Positions 25,294 through 34,639 of a stretch of DNA of 64,000 nt are shown here, in pieces; the first letter of the stretch is position 1; each line of letters opens with the position of its first letter. The stretch lies in the NCBI GenBank assembly GCA_041918175.1, contig JAYRWE010000039.1:50547-114546 (forward strand). The letters are read 5' to 3'. The notes beneath the pieces are model-generated. The model searched no databases and was not told the DNA's origin. It saw only the letters and a list, made by a program, of their open reading frames with translations. Both the position numbers and the translations under genes were made by a program. This stretch comes from a bacterium (GTDB lineage: Bacteria; Zhuqueibacterota; Zhuqueibacteria; Zhuqueibacterales; Zhuqueibacteraceae).

Positions 25294-26567
25294 TAGCTCA
25301 TCACTTTCATGACCGTGTGAATCCCTTGCACGAGCGCATCCACTTCCGCGGTCGTGTTATAAAACGCAAACGAGGCGCGCGAGGTCGCGGGCACGTTGAA
25401 GCGCTTCATCACCGGCTGCGTGCAATGATGGCCCGTGCGCACCGCGATGCCGCTCCGATCTAAAATCGTTCCGACATCGTGCGGATGAATGCCTTCGAGC
25501 ACGAATGAAATCACGCTCGCTTTTTGCTTTGCCGTGCCGATGATTTTCAAACCCGGAATTGCGAGCAGTGCTTCCGTCGCGTATTCCAAAAGCACATGCT
25601 CGTGCGCCGCGATTTTGTCATAGCCGATGTTGCTCACATAATCCAGCGCCGCGCCGAGGCCGATCACGCCCGCAATGTCCGGCGTGCCCGCTTCGAAGCG
25701 GTGTGGCAGATCGTTGTACGTCGTCTTCTCAAACGTGACGGATTTGATCATGTCCCCGCCGCCTTGATAGGGCCGCATTTTTTTCAGCAGCGCCTCTTTC
25801 GCATAAAGCACGCCGATGCCGGTCGGTCCGAAAATTTTATGGCCGGAGAACGCATAGAAATCGCAATCAAGCTCTTTGACATTCACGGCCATGTGCGGCA
25901 CGGCTTGCGCGCCGTCGATGAACACCGGCACTTTGCGCTCATGCGCGAGGCCGATAATTTTTTTAATCGGATTGATCGTGCCGAGCGAATTGGAAACATG
26001 CACAAGCGCGACGAGCTTTGTGTGACTATTCAAGAGCGTTTCAAATTCTTCGAGAATCAACTCGCCGTTGTTGTTGAGCGGCACCACGCGCAACTTCGCG
26101 CTCGTATCTTCGCAGAGCATTTGCCACGGCACAATGTTCGAATGATGCTCCATGCCCGTAATGATGATTTCATCGCCGGCTTTGAGATGCGGCCGGCCAT
26201 ACGAGTGCGCCACGAGATTCGCGGCCTCGGTAGTGCCGCGCACGAAAATGATCTCGCGCTCTGAAGCGGCATTGAGGAATTTTTGAATCTTCACGCGCGT
26301 GCCTTCATAACCGCGCGTGGCCACTTCGCTCAAGTAATGCACGCCGCGATGAATGTTCGCATTTTCCGCGCGATAATATTGATTGAGCGCATCGAGCACA
26401 GCCTGCGGCTTTTGCGAAGTCGCCGCGTTGTCCAAATACACCAACGGCTTACCATGCACTTTGAGTTGCAAGATGGGAAAATCTTTACGCACGCGGTTCA
26501 CGTCAAAAGCTTCGACGTGTTTTGCGTGAGGCGGGCGACGTTGGAGTGTTTCGGTATGTGTGCTCAT
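25293..26567 (-). CDS. sufS: Cysteine desulfurase SufS
   Basis: 424 aa with PLP-Lys motif FSGHKIFGPTGIGVLY and catalytic loop RTGHHCTQPVM. Confidence 0.95.
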   Translation of the reverse strand: MSTHTETLQRRPPHAKHVEAFDVNRVRKDFPILQLKVHGKPLVYLDNAATSQKPQAVLDALNQYYRAENANIHRGVHYLSEVATRGYEGTRVKIQKFLNAASEREIIFVRGTTEAANLVAHSYGRPHLKAGDEIIITGMEHHSNIVPWQMLCEDTSAKLRVVPLNNNGELILEEFETLLNSHTKLVALVHVSNSLGTINPIKKIIGLAHERKVPVFIDGAQAVPHMAVNVKELDCDFYAFSGHKIFGPTGIGVLYAKEALLKKMRPYQGGGDMIKSVTFEKTTYNDLPHRFEAGTPDIAGVIGLGAALDYVSNIGYDKIAAHEHVLLEYATEALLAIPGLKIIGTAKQKASVISFVLEGIHPHDVGTILDRSGIAVRTGHHCTQPVMKRFNVPATSRASFAFYNTTAEVDALVQGIHTVMKVMS

Positions 26568-26606
26568 ATTATTCTCACTGAAAGGACTTGCGACAACCCT
26601 CGCTCT

Positions 26607-26681
26607 CTGTCATTCAGAAGGAATCTTTTTAAGCTCTGGGCAGAATCTCCAGCGAGTAAAAAGATTCTTTCTGAATGACAG
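26607..26681. repeat. Family A palindromic repeat (between sufD and sufS)
   Basis: gtcattcagaaggaatctttttaagctctgggcagaatctccagcgagtaaaaagattctttctgaatgac. Confidence 0.85.
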
Positions 26682-26698
26682 TAACCCCAAAAGCTTCG

Positions 26699-28027
26699 CT
26701 ACGCTTGTCGAAAGCTCGCATGAACCATCTCATCGAGGTTCTCCGCCACCTGCGGCATGTCGATGCGTTGCAAAATTTCGCTCGCGAAAGCATAGCGTAG
26801 CATCGCGTTGGCTTCATCCAAGCCGATGCCGCGCGCGCGGAGATAGAAGAGCTGCTCTTCATCCAACTGCCCGATGGTCGCGCCGTGGCTGCACTTCACA
26901 TCGTCCGCGAAAATTTCGAGCTGCGGCTTCGAGTTGATATTGGCCTCATCGGAGAGCAGCAAGCATTGGTTCGATTGATACGCATTCGTTTTCTGCGCGT
27001 CTTGATGCACCATCACTTTGCCGTTGAACACGCCCTGCGCTTTATCCGCAAGAATGCCTTTGTAATGCTCGTTGCTCTGGCAGTGCGGCATGAGATGATC
27101 GATGAGCGTGTGATTATCGACAAGCTGCGATCCGCTCGCCATATAAAACCCGAAAAGATTGCCTTCGCAATTTTCCGCGGCGAGTCGGAGGTTGAAATTG
27201 TTGCGCACGAGGCCGCCGCCTAAATCCACGCTGATCGAAGTATACACGCTGTGCTTGCTCTGCTTCACTTCGCGCGCGGCAATGTGATAAGCGTTGCGGC
27301 TCTCGTTTTGAATGCGCACGTGCTCAAGCTGCGCGTTTTCTTCCAACACGATTTCCGAGACGATGTTGTTGAAGTACGCGCCTTCGTCCAAGCTATGATA
27401 GCTTTCAATGATACGCGCTTGACTGTTTTTGCCGAGCACAATCAAATTGCGCGGATGCGCAACAAAGGCATTGTCGCCGTGGGAAAGATAAAGCAAATGA
27501 ATCGGCTCGTCCACGATCACGCCGTTAGGCACATTGATGAGCACGCCTTCGTGCGCGAACGCGGTGTTCAGTGCAATGAACGCCTCTTTCTCGAACGCAG
27601 CATATTGCGCGAGATGACGCGTGCTCGCGTCATTGCCGTTGCGCAGCGTGCTCGCCAAGTTGTCGATCACAATCTGTTTGTTCTTCGTGAGCACGCGGGA
27701 GAGCTTGGGCATGAAACGGCCATTCACAAACACGAGCAGATTTTGCTCCATCGCGCCGAATAAAAACGGCGCAATGTCGTTTTGCGTCAATGCCGGAGCC
27801 TCGCTCGCAAGTTTGAACTTGTGGCTCGCCAATGCCGCGACGTTGGTATATTTCCACTCTTCATTGCGCGGCGTGGGAAAGCCCAATTCCGCGAACTTTG
27901 AAATCGCCGCGCGGCGTTTTTCATGAAAGGGAAGGGAGGCGCTGCCGTTCAGCTTGCTCTCGAAGAAATCAAAGTTCGAGAGGTACCAGGCTTTGCTATC
28001 GGTATCTTGTGTGATGGTTTTTTCCAT
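26699..28027 (-). CDS. sufD: Fe-S cluster assembly protein SufD
   Basis: ORF trimmed to ATG 28027 (MEKTITQDT...), because the longer ORF reads through an intergenic repeat. The C-terminal SufBD beta-helix motifs are ...ADDVKCSHGATIGQLDEEQLFYLRARGI. Confidence 0.9.
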   Translation of the reverse strand: MEKTITQDTDSKAWYLSNFDFFESKLNGSASLPFHEKRRAAISKFAELGFPTPRNEEWKYTNVAALASHKFKLASEAPALTQNDIAPFLFGAMEQNLLVFVNGRFMPKLSRVLTKNKQIVIDNLASTLRNGNDASTRHLAQYAAFEKEAFIALNTAFAHEGVLINVPNGVIVDEPIHLLYLSHGDNAFVAHPRNLIVLGKNSQARIIESYHSLDEGAYFNNIVSEIVLEENAQLEHVRIQNESRNAYHIAAREVKQSKHSVYTSISVDLGGGLVRNNFNLRLAAENCEGNLFGFYMASGSQLVDNHTLIDHLMPHCQSNEHYKGILADKAQGVFNGKVMVHQDAQKTNAYQSNQCLLLSDEANINSKPQLEIFADDVKCSHGATIGQLDEEQLFYLRARGIGLDEANAMLRYAFASEILQRIDMPQVAENLDEMVHASFRQA

Positions 28028-28105
28028 GATCAATCTTTTAATGTAGTCCCGGCCCCTTGTGGGCCGCTGTTCATGCACGTTTCCTTGCCCCACAAGGGGG
28101 CAAGG

Positions 28106-28858
28106 CTACAAACCTTTCTCTTCGCGAATCCAATCATACCCGCGCTCTTCGAGTTTGAGCGCGAGCGACTTGTCGCCGGATTCGACGATGCGGCCTTTGA
28201 CGAGCACGTGCACATAGTCCGGCACGATATAGTCGAGCAAGCGTTGATAGTGCGTAATCACGAGCGTTGCGTTGTCTTTGCTCTTCAACTGATTCACGCC
28301 GTTTGCGACGATGCGCAGCGCGTCAATGTCTAAACCCGAGTCGGTTTCATCTAAGATCGCGAGCTTGGGCTGCAAGAGCGCCATTTGGAAAATTTCATTG
28401 CGCTTCTTTTCGCCGCCAGAGAAGCCTTCGTTCACGGAGCGGCTGAGGAGTTTTTCATCCATGCCCACCACGCGCATCTTCTCTTTCATCAGCGCGAGAA
28501 AATCAATCGAGTCCATCTTTCCCTCGCCGCGATGCTCGCGAATGGCATTGTACGCGGATTTCAAAAAGTTCGCGATGCTCACGCCTGGAATCTCGACCGG
28601 ATATTGAAACGCGAGAAACACGCCGTCGCACGCGCGCTCTTCGGGAGCCATATCGAGCAGGTCTTTGCCGTTGTACGTCGCCGTGCCTGCGCTCACTTCA
28701 TAGCCTTCGCGTCCGGCCAACACATTCGCGAGCGTGCTCTTGCCCGAGCCGTTCGGGCCCATGATCGCATGCACTTCACCGGCCTTCACTTCAAGGTTCA
28801 AGCCGCGCAGAATTTTATTGTTCTCAACTGATACTTCCAAACCTTTGATGCTTAACAT
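28106..28858 (-). CDS. sufC: Fe-S cluster assembly ATPase SufC
   Basis: ORF trimmed to ATG 28858 (MLSIKGLEVSV). It has Walker A GPNGSGKST, signature FSGGEKKRNEI and Walker B LAILDETDSGLD. Confidence 0.95.
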   Translation of the reverse strand: MLSIKGLEVSVENNKILRGLNLEVKAGEVHAIMGPNGSGKSTLANVLAGREGYEVSAGTATYNGKDLLDMAPEERACDGVFLAFQYPVEIPGVSIANFLKSAYNAIREHRGEGKMDSIDFLALMKEKMRVVGMDEKLLSRSVNEGFSGGEKKRNEIFQMALLQPKLAILDETDSGLDIDALRIVANGVNQLKSKDNATLVITHYQRLLDYIVPDYVHVLVKGRIVESGDKSLALKLEERGYDWIREEKGL

Positions 28859-28880
28859 GCGCTTCCTTAGTTCAAGTTCT

Positions 28881-29007
28881 CGTTCCCAATCTCCAGATTG
28901 GGAACGCAAGTGAGAGCGAAACTTTGTTTCGCGAGATGGCCTGCACAAGGCTGAAACGGAGTTTCTAAAGCAAGCGCGTTCCCAAACGGAGTTTGGGAAC
29001 GAGAGTG
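28881..29007. repeat. Nested 'gttcccaa...ttgggaac' hairpin pair in the sufB-sufC spacer
   Basis: cgttcccaatctccagattgggaacg (28883-28908) and cgttcccaaacggagtttgggaacg (28978-29002). The outer ctcgttcccaa / ttgggaacgagag arms can also pair. It is followed by (ctgatta)2 at 29019-29035. Confidence 0.8.
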
Positions 29008-29037
29008 CGAGTGAACTGATTACTGATTACTGAAAAC

Positions 29038-30492
29038 TCACCCCACGCTTCCTTCCAAACTAATCGCCAAAAGCTTCTGCGCTTCGACTGCAAATTCCAT
29101 CGGCAGCTCGCGGAAGACTTCTTTGCAATAGCCGTTCACGATCAAATTCACCGCGTCTTCTTTTGAGATGCCGCGCTGTTGGCAATAGAAGAGTTGATCT
29201 TCGCCGATCTTTGAAGTCGTGGCTTCGTGCTCAATTTGCGCGCCTTGATTGTGTACTTCCAAATAAGGAAACGTGTGCGCGCCGCAGCGGTCGCCGATGA
29301 GCAGCGAGTCGCACTGCGAGAAGTTGCGAGCGTTCTTCGCGCGCGGGGCAACCTTCACCAAGCCGCGATACGAGTTGTTGCTGCGCCCGGCGGAGATGCC
29401 TTTCGACACGATGGTGCTGCGCGTGTTGTTGCCGAGGTGAATCATCTTCGTGCCGGTGTCCGCTTGCTGGCGATTGTTCGTGACCGCGACCGAGTAAAAC
29501 TCGCCGACGGAATTATCGCCTTTGAGCAACACGCTCGGATATTTCCACGTGATCGCTGAACCGGTTTCAACCTGCGTCCACGAAATTTTTGCGTTCTCAT
29601 CGAGACAAATGCCGCGCTTGGTGACGAAATTATAAATGCCGCCGCGCCCCTCGGCGTCGCCCGGATACCAATTCTGCACCGTCGAATATTTGATCGTCGC
29701 GTTCTTGTGCGCGACGAGCTCGACCACCGCGGCGTGCAATTGATTCTCGTCGCGCATCGGCGCGGTGCAGCCTTCGAGATAACTCACGTATGCGCCTTCT
29801 TCGGCAATGATGAGCGTGCGCTCGAATTGCCCCGTGTTTGCGGTGTTGATGCGAAAGTACGTCGAAAGCTCCATCGGGCAGCGCACGCCTTTGGGCACGT
29901 AGCAAAACGAGCCGTCGCTAAACACCGCGGAGTTGAGCGTCGCGAAGTAGTTGTCGGTATAAGGCACGACCGAGCCGAGATATTTTTTTATCAACTCGGG
30001 ATGCTCGAGCACGGCCTCGGAAAACGAGCAGAAGATAATGCCTAGCTTCGAAAGCTCTTTCTTGAACGTGGTCGCGACGGAGACGCTATCCATCACCGCA
30101 TCGACCGCCACGCCGCTCAAACGCATTTGCTCTTCGAGCGAGATGCCGAGTTTCTCAAATGTCGCGCGGAGCTGCGGATCGACCTCATCCATGCTGTTGA
30201 GCTTCTTGGCGGATTTCGGCGCGGCGTAATAGATCACGTCTTGATAATTGATGGGAGGATAGGAGACATTGGGCCATTTCGGCTCGGTCATTTTGAGCCA
30301 ATGACGATAGGCCTTCAAGCGCCATTCGAGCATAAACTCCGGCTCATTCTTCTTTGCGGAGATCATGCGGACCGTGTCCTCGTCCAAACCTTTGGGCGCA
30401 ACGTCGGTTTCGATGTCGGACGTGAAGCCGTACTTGTACTCACTGCGCGTGAGGTTTTCTATGGTTTCAAGTGTTTCGAGTTCTGCGCTCAT
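29038..30492 (-). CDS. sufB: Fe-S cluster assembly scaffold SufB
   Basis: 484 aa with highly conserved SufB blocks ...[11 protein letters not shown]...[11 protein letters not shown]...CDSLLIGD...[22 protein letters not shown]. Confidence 0.95.
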   Translation of the reverse strand: MSAELETLETIENLTRSEYKYGFTSDIETDVAPKGLDEDTVRMISAKKNEPEFMLEWRLKAYRHWLKMTEPKWPNVSYPPINYQDVIYYAAPKSAKKLNSMDEVDPQLRATFEKLGISLEEQMRLSGVAVDAVMDSVSVATTFKKELSKLGIIFCSFSEAVLEHPELIKKYLGSVVPYTDNYFATLNSAVFSDGSFCYVPKGVRCPMELSTYFRINTANTGQFERTLIIAEEGAYVSYLEGCTAPMRDENQLHAAVVELVAHKNATIKYSTVQNWYPGDAEGRGGIYNFVTKRGICLDENAKISWTQVETGSAITWKYPSVLLKGDNSVGEFYSVAVTNNRQQADTGTKMIHLGNNTRSTIVSKGISAGRSNNSYRGLVKVAPRAKNARNFSQCDSLLIGDRCGAHTFPYLEVHNQGAQIEHEATTSKIGEDQLFYCQQRGISKEDAVNLIVNGYCKEVFRELPMEFAVEAQKLLAISLEGSVG

Positions 30493-30531
30493 TTATCATC
30501 AACCTTGATTAGCATGACACATCAAATTCGT

Positions 30532-30616
30532 GTCATTCAGAAGGAATCTTTTTGAGCACTGGGCACAGATCAAATTGGAGTGTTTCCAGTGCTGAAAAGG
30601 ATTCCTTCTGAATGAC
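30532..30616. repeat. Family A palindromic repeat, copy with a longer centre (between sufA and sufB)
   Basis: gtcattcagaaggaatctttttgagcactgggcac...gtgctgaaaaggattccttctgaatgac. Confidence 0.85.
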
Positions 30617-30639
30617 AGGTAGAAGTAGCGTTTGCGTTT

Positions 30640-30963
30640 CTATGCATTAAACGAATGACCGCAGCCGCAGGTGCGCACGGCGTTCGGGTTTTTAAAGGTG
30701 AAGCCCGAGCCTTGCAAGCCGTCGGTGAAATCCAACTCCGTGCCTTCGAGATAGAGCGCGCTTTTGGAGTCCAAATAAATTTTCACGCCATGCTCTTCGA
30801 GGACGTGGTCATCCGTGCGTTGATCTTTATCCAACGAAAGAAAATACGTCAAGCCGGAGCAACCGCCGCCTTGCACGCCGACGCGCAAGCCCAAGTTCGG
30901 TTCAGTTTCTTGCGCGATGATTTTTTTTACTTCCGTTGCCGCTTTGGGAGTGATTGTTACCAT
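30640..30963 (-). CDS. sufA: HesB/IscA/SufA-type A-type Fe-S carrier
   Basis: ORF trimmed to ATG 30963 (MVTITPKAATEVKKI). It has GGGCSGL and a C-terminal CGCGHSF. Confidence 0.85.
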   Translation of the reverse strand: MVTITPKAATEVKKIIAQETEPNLGLRVGVQGGGCSGLTYFLSLDKDQRTDDHVLEEHGVKIYLDSKSALYLEGTELDFTDGLQGSGFTFKNPNAVRTCGCGHSFNA

Positions 30964-31079
30964 GATGGTCTCCTTGATGATGTTGATGATATAAACGCGA
31001 GCGAAGTCGGACTTTGCCAAACAGGCTTTACAGAAACCAAATTGCTCTTTAGCAAAGTCCGACTTCCCCTATATAGGGT

Positions 31080-31532
31080 TCACACTCTAATTTGAACCAA
31101 CGGCGCAGGCCGCGCTTGAGATTTGCTCAAATCCGCGAGCGAGATGCTGTTGAGAAAATTTTTAAACTGCGTTTGAATCTGCGCGAACGGCTCTTCGATG
31201 TTGCACACGCCTTCGCTGTATTGCGTACATTCGCACTCTTCGCCACTCACCACACAATCGACGATGCCGAACGGACCTTCAATCGCTTCCACGACTTTGG
31301 CCATCGTGATCTGGCCGGGCTTCATCGCAAGTACATAGCCGCCGTACGGGCCTTGAATGCTCGCTACAAGCCCGGACTTCACGAGCTTTTGCAAAATTTT
31401 GGACATGACCGGTTCGGGAATCTTGAAGCGGCTCGCAATCTCTCGCGCGGTGCAGACTTTTCCCGACTCGAGTTTCTGCATGTGCTTCAGGGCGATCAGG
31501 CCGTATTCGGATTTTCTGGAGAGCTTGAACAT
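31080..31532 (-). CDS. Rrf2-family transcriptional regulator (IscR/SufR-like)
   Basis: 150 aa with MFKLSRKSEYGLIALKHM... wHTH and a Cys-rich segment DCVVSGEECECTQYSEGVCN. It is the first gene of the suf cluster. Confidence 0.85.
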   Translation of the reverse strand: MFKLSRKSEYGLIALKHMQKLESGKVCTAREIASRFKIPEPVMSKILQKLVKSGLVASIQGPYGGYVLAMKPGQITMAKVVEAIEGPFGIVDCVVSGEECECTQYSEGVCNIEEPFAQIQTQFKNFLNSISLADLSKSQARPAPLVQIRV

Positions 31533-31790
31533 ATGATCTTCAACTAACTAGACTTTTTTGGTCGGGTTTAAGATACAACCGCAACTAGAGGGAAGTCAAG
31601 GGGAAATTTTTTGAAAAAAACATATCTTGCCGCGTGTAGTAAGACCAACGTCGCACAAGAGAATTCATGTGAGCAGCTTGGCGGCCATACTTTAAGACGG
31701 AGCTACATGATTATGGAGTGGAAATTTTCCCGCAAATTGTTTAGGTTTGCGCACGTTTCAATCCACCATCTTTAAACCAAAGGAGCCACC

Positions 31791-32636
31791 ATGTCTGCTT
31801 ACGCAAATCCCGAAGTCCTCGTCACGACGCAGTGGGTCGAGGAACACCAAAACGACGCGAACGTCGTCATCGCCGAGGTTGACGTTGACACCAAAGCCTA
31901 TGAAGAAGGCCACGTGCCCAACGCCATCGGCTGGAATTGGCAAACGCAACTCTGCGACACAGTGCAACGCGACATCATTAAAAAGGCCGATCTCGAAAAA
32001 CTCATGAGCGAGAGCGGCATCGGTAACGACATCACAGTCGTGCTCTATGGCGACAACAACAACTGGTTCGCGGCGTGGGCGTTTTGGCAAATGAAAATGT
32101 ACGGCCACAAAGATATTCGCATCATGGACGGCGGCCGCAAGAAGTGGTTGGCCGAGGGCCGCGGCGTGACGAAAGACGCGCCTGCGCCGAAGAAAGCGAA
32201 CTACAAAGCGAGCGAGCCGGATCAAGCGCTGCGCGCGTATTTGCCGCAAGTAATGGACGCGTACAAGTCCGGTAAAGTCGCGCTCGTGGATGTGCGATCG
32301 GGCGACGAGTTTACGGGCAAAATTCTTTCGCCTCCGGGATTGCCCGAGACCTGCCAACGCGGCGGTCACATTCCGGGCGCGAAGAGCATTCCATGGGCGC
32401 AAGCGTGCAATGAGGACGGCACGTTCAAGAGCTTTGATCAACTCAAAACGCTTTATGGCGACAAAGGCGTGACCGCGGATAAAGACATCATTGCCTATTG
32501 CCGCATCGGCGAGCGTTCGAGCCACACGTGGTTCGTGTTGAAATATTTGTTGGGTTATAAAAATGTGAAGAACTACGACGGCTCGTGGACGGAGTGGGGC
32601 AACCTCGTGGGCGCGCCGGTGGAAAAGACGGCGTGA
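31791..32636 (+). CDS. sseA: Two-domain rhodanese (thiosulfate / 3-mercaptopyruvate sulfurtransferase)
   Basis: 281 aa with active-site loop AYCRIGERSSHTW and tail YDGSWTEWG. AGGAG lies 7 nt upstream. Confidence 0.9.
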   Translation: MSAYANPEVLVTTQWVEEHQNDANVVIAEVDVDTKAYEEGHVPNAIGWNWQTQLCDTVQRDIIKKADLEKLMSESGIGNDITVVLYGDNNNWFAAWAFWQMKMYGHKDIRIMDGGRKKWLAEGRGVTKDAPAPKKANYKASEPDQALRAYLPQVMDAYKSGKVALVDVRSGDEFTGKILSPPGLPETCQRGGHIPGAKSIPWAQACNEDGTFKSFDQLKTLYGDKGVTADKDIIAYCRIGERSSHTWFVLKYLLGYKNVKNYDGSWTEWGNLVGAPVEKTA

Positions 32637-32645
32637 AGTCAGCGT

Positions 32646-32709
32646 GATTGGATTGCTGGATTAAAGGCTTTCCCAACAATCCAGCAATCCATCGCTCCAA
32701 CAATCCAAT
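32646..32709. repeat. 'AATCCA'-type palindromic repeat (family E)
   Basis: gattggattgctggatt ... aatccagcaatccatcgctccaacaatccaat. It uses the same unit type as the large palindrome at 35751-35934. Confidence 0.7.
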
Positions 32710-32729
32710 GAAGAAGAGGTGAGTGTGAA

Positions 32730-32936
32730 ATGAAAACCGAAAACTATCGTGTCGAAAAGCAAGAGCTCGCAGGCGTGAGGGTGAGCGTGACGACGTATCA
32801 AATCGGCGAGCGCTTTCATTGCCACGTGGCGAACGTTGATCCGGGTGCGACCATCGCGCGCGCGGAGGCGGATTCGAATGCCGAGGCCGTGCGCGAGGCG
32901 ACAGCGAAAGCGGAAGAACGTTTGCGCAAGAAGTAG
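32730..32936 (+). CDS. Small hypothetical protein (68 aa)
   Basis: ATG preceded by GAGGTGAG. Composition is non-repetitive and mixed. No family recognised. Confidence 0.45.
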   Translation: MKTENYRVEKQELAGVRVSVTTYQIGERFHCHVANVDPGATIARAEADSNAEAVREATAKAEERLRKK

Positions 32937-32980
32937 AGAATGCAAAATGCACCGCGAATAGAGTCGCGAGAATTGCGGCT

Positions 32981-34261
32981 CTATTCTTTTCTCTCCATCA
33001 CCGCGGCAAAGAAGCCGTCGCAGCCGTGGCGATGCGGCATAAGCCTCATGAAATTTCCCTCCGCGAGTTTGGCCAGATCATAACGCTGCAAAATCGCCGA
33101 CGCCGTGCTGGCGCGAAAGCGCGCGTTCTCTTTTAAAAAAGCCTCAACCACTTGCTCGTTCTCTTCCGCCAGTAAACTGCACGTCGCATAAACCAATCGC
33201 CCTCCAATTTTCAGCAGCGGCGCATAATGCGCGAGGATCGCGCGTTGCTTTGCGGCCATCTCGCTCACCATCTCCGGCGTGATCTTCCATTTCGCATCCG
33301 GGTTGCGGCGGAGCACGCCCGTGCCTGTGCAGGGCGCGTCGATCAAGATAGCGTCCAATTGTTCGCGTAAATTTTCCGGCAACGCGTTTGGTTCGAGCAA
33401 TTGCGGGCGCACGTTGTGAACGCCGCTGCGGCGCGTGCGTTTTTTCAAATTCTCCAAACGCGGCGCAATCACCTCAAACGCAAAAATCTCTCCACGGTTT
33501 TTCATCAAGCTTGCCAAGTGTAAAGTCTTTCCTCCGCCGCCGGCGCACACGTCGGCCGCGCGCCAATTCGGTTTTGGATCGAGCAACAACGAGATAAGCT
33601 GGCTGCCTTCGTCTTGCACTTCAAACCATCCTTCGCGAAAAAGATCGAGGCCGAACAAGTTCGCGCGCTTCGCGAGTTGAATGCCCATGGGTGAAAGCGC
33701 CGTGGGCGCACATTCGAAACCGCGCTGCTGTAACTCCGCCAAACAGGCTTCACGCGGGGCTTTCAATGTGTTTACGCGCAGCGTGAGCGGCGGCGCTTGA
33801 TTCAAGGCTTCGAGCAGCGCGACGCTTTCCGCTCCGAGTTGCGTTTGCAGCGCGGCCACGAGCCAATCGGGAAAGGAGAGCCGCACGCCGATATTATCGC
33901 GCGTGATTTCAGCGAGCACTTGCTCCGCGAGTTTTTGCGTTTGGTCAGTGGAAAGCGGCGAGGCTTCGCTCACGCTTTGCGGCGATTGCTGCCCCAAATG
34001 AATTTGATAAGCTGCAAGCAGCCACGAAGGCGTCAAATCTTTTTGCGCCTCCACGCGCGCGACAATGGTCTGCAATAAACGGCGATGGCGCAAAATGCCG
34101 TACACGTTTTCCGCCACGTCGCGGCGATCATGCGAACCGAGATAGCGCCGTTGGCGGAAGAATATGTCGATCAAGTGATCCGCCGGACGCGCGTCGCGCA
34201 GCAAGATTTCCAACAACTCACACGAATGACCGAAGAGGGAGGAAGGTTTCATGGGCAGCAA
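32981..34261 (-). CDS. rsmB: 16S rRNA (cytosine-C5)-methyltransferase RsmB/Sun family
   Basis: 426 aa with an NusB-like N-terminus, SAM motif DVCAGGGGKT, ILIDAPCTGTGVLRRNPD and YATCSL. Confidence 0.85.
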   Translation of the reverse strand: MLPMKPSSLFGHSCELLEILLRDARPADHLIDIFFRQRRYLGSHDRRDVAENVYGILRHRRLLQTIVARVEAQKDLTPSWLLAAYQIHLGQQSPQSVSEASPLSTDQTQKLAEQVLAEITRDNIGVRLSFPDWLVAALQTQLGAESVALLEALNQAPPLTLRVNTLKAPREACLAELQQRGFECAPTALSPMGIQLAKRANLFGLDLFREGWFEVQDEGSQLISLLLDPKPNWRAADVCAGGGGKTLHLASLMKNRGEIFAFEVIAPRLENLKKRTRRSGVHNVRPQLLEPNALPENLREQLDAILIDAPCTGTGVLRRNPDAKWKITPEMVSEMAAKQRAILAHYAPLLKIGGRLVYATCSLLAEENEQVVEAFLKENARFRASTASAILQRYDLAKLAEGNFMRLMPHRHGCDGFFAAVMERKE

Positions 34262-34500
34262 TGTAAAATTTTGTTGCTCATTTGCAAAAGCATATTATCT
34301 TGCTTGGCAAACAAAGCGCGAAACGTATTTGCGTCGTTTCTTTTAGAACGATTGAGGCGCGCGAGCGATTTCTTCGGCGCATTTCGATGCAAAAGCTCTT
34401 CTGCCGGGTGGCGCTGAATAGTTGCTTCGAAGAAGCTTTGATTTGCAGTGTGCCAGCAAATCGGGGTAGTATCCAAGTAGTTTGATCATTTCCCAAAACA

Positions 34501-34632
34501 AAATTTTTCCTCCGAGCGGCACCGAAGTCACCGAGCTTCACCGAAAAAAGCTTTTCTTCGGCGACACTCGGCGACTTCAGTGAATTTCGGCGGATGAGCT
34601 TTTCTTGTTTAGCTCCGACTCGTCAGGTTATG
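34501..34632. repeat. Family B ~130-bp repeat, copy 1 (abuts the corA start)
   Basis: It is the reverse complement of 50168-50301 with only scattered mismatches by eye. The internal long imperfect hairpin is centred on caccgaaaaaagcttttcttcggcg. Confidence 0.85.
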
Positions 34633-34639
34633 ATTGGCT

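Noticed and set aside
31758-32525. 255-aa minus-strand ORF opposite the rhodanese gene
   Set aside because: It is an antisense shadow. The + strand product has clear rhodanese motifs (CRIGERSSHTW) and an RBS, whereas the minus product is low-complexity and Arg-rich.
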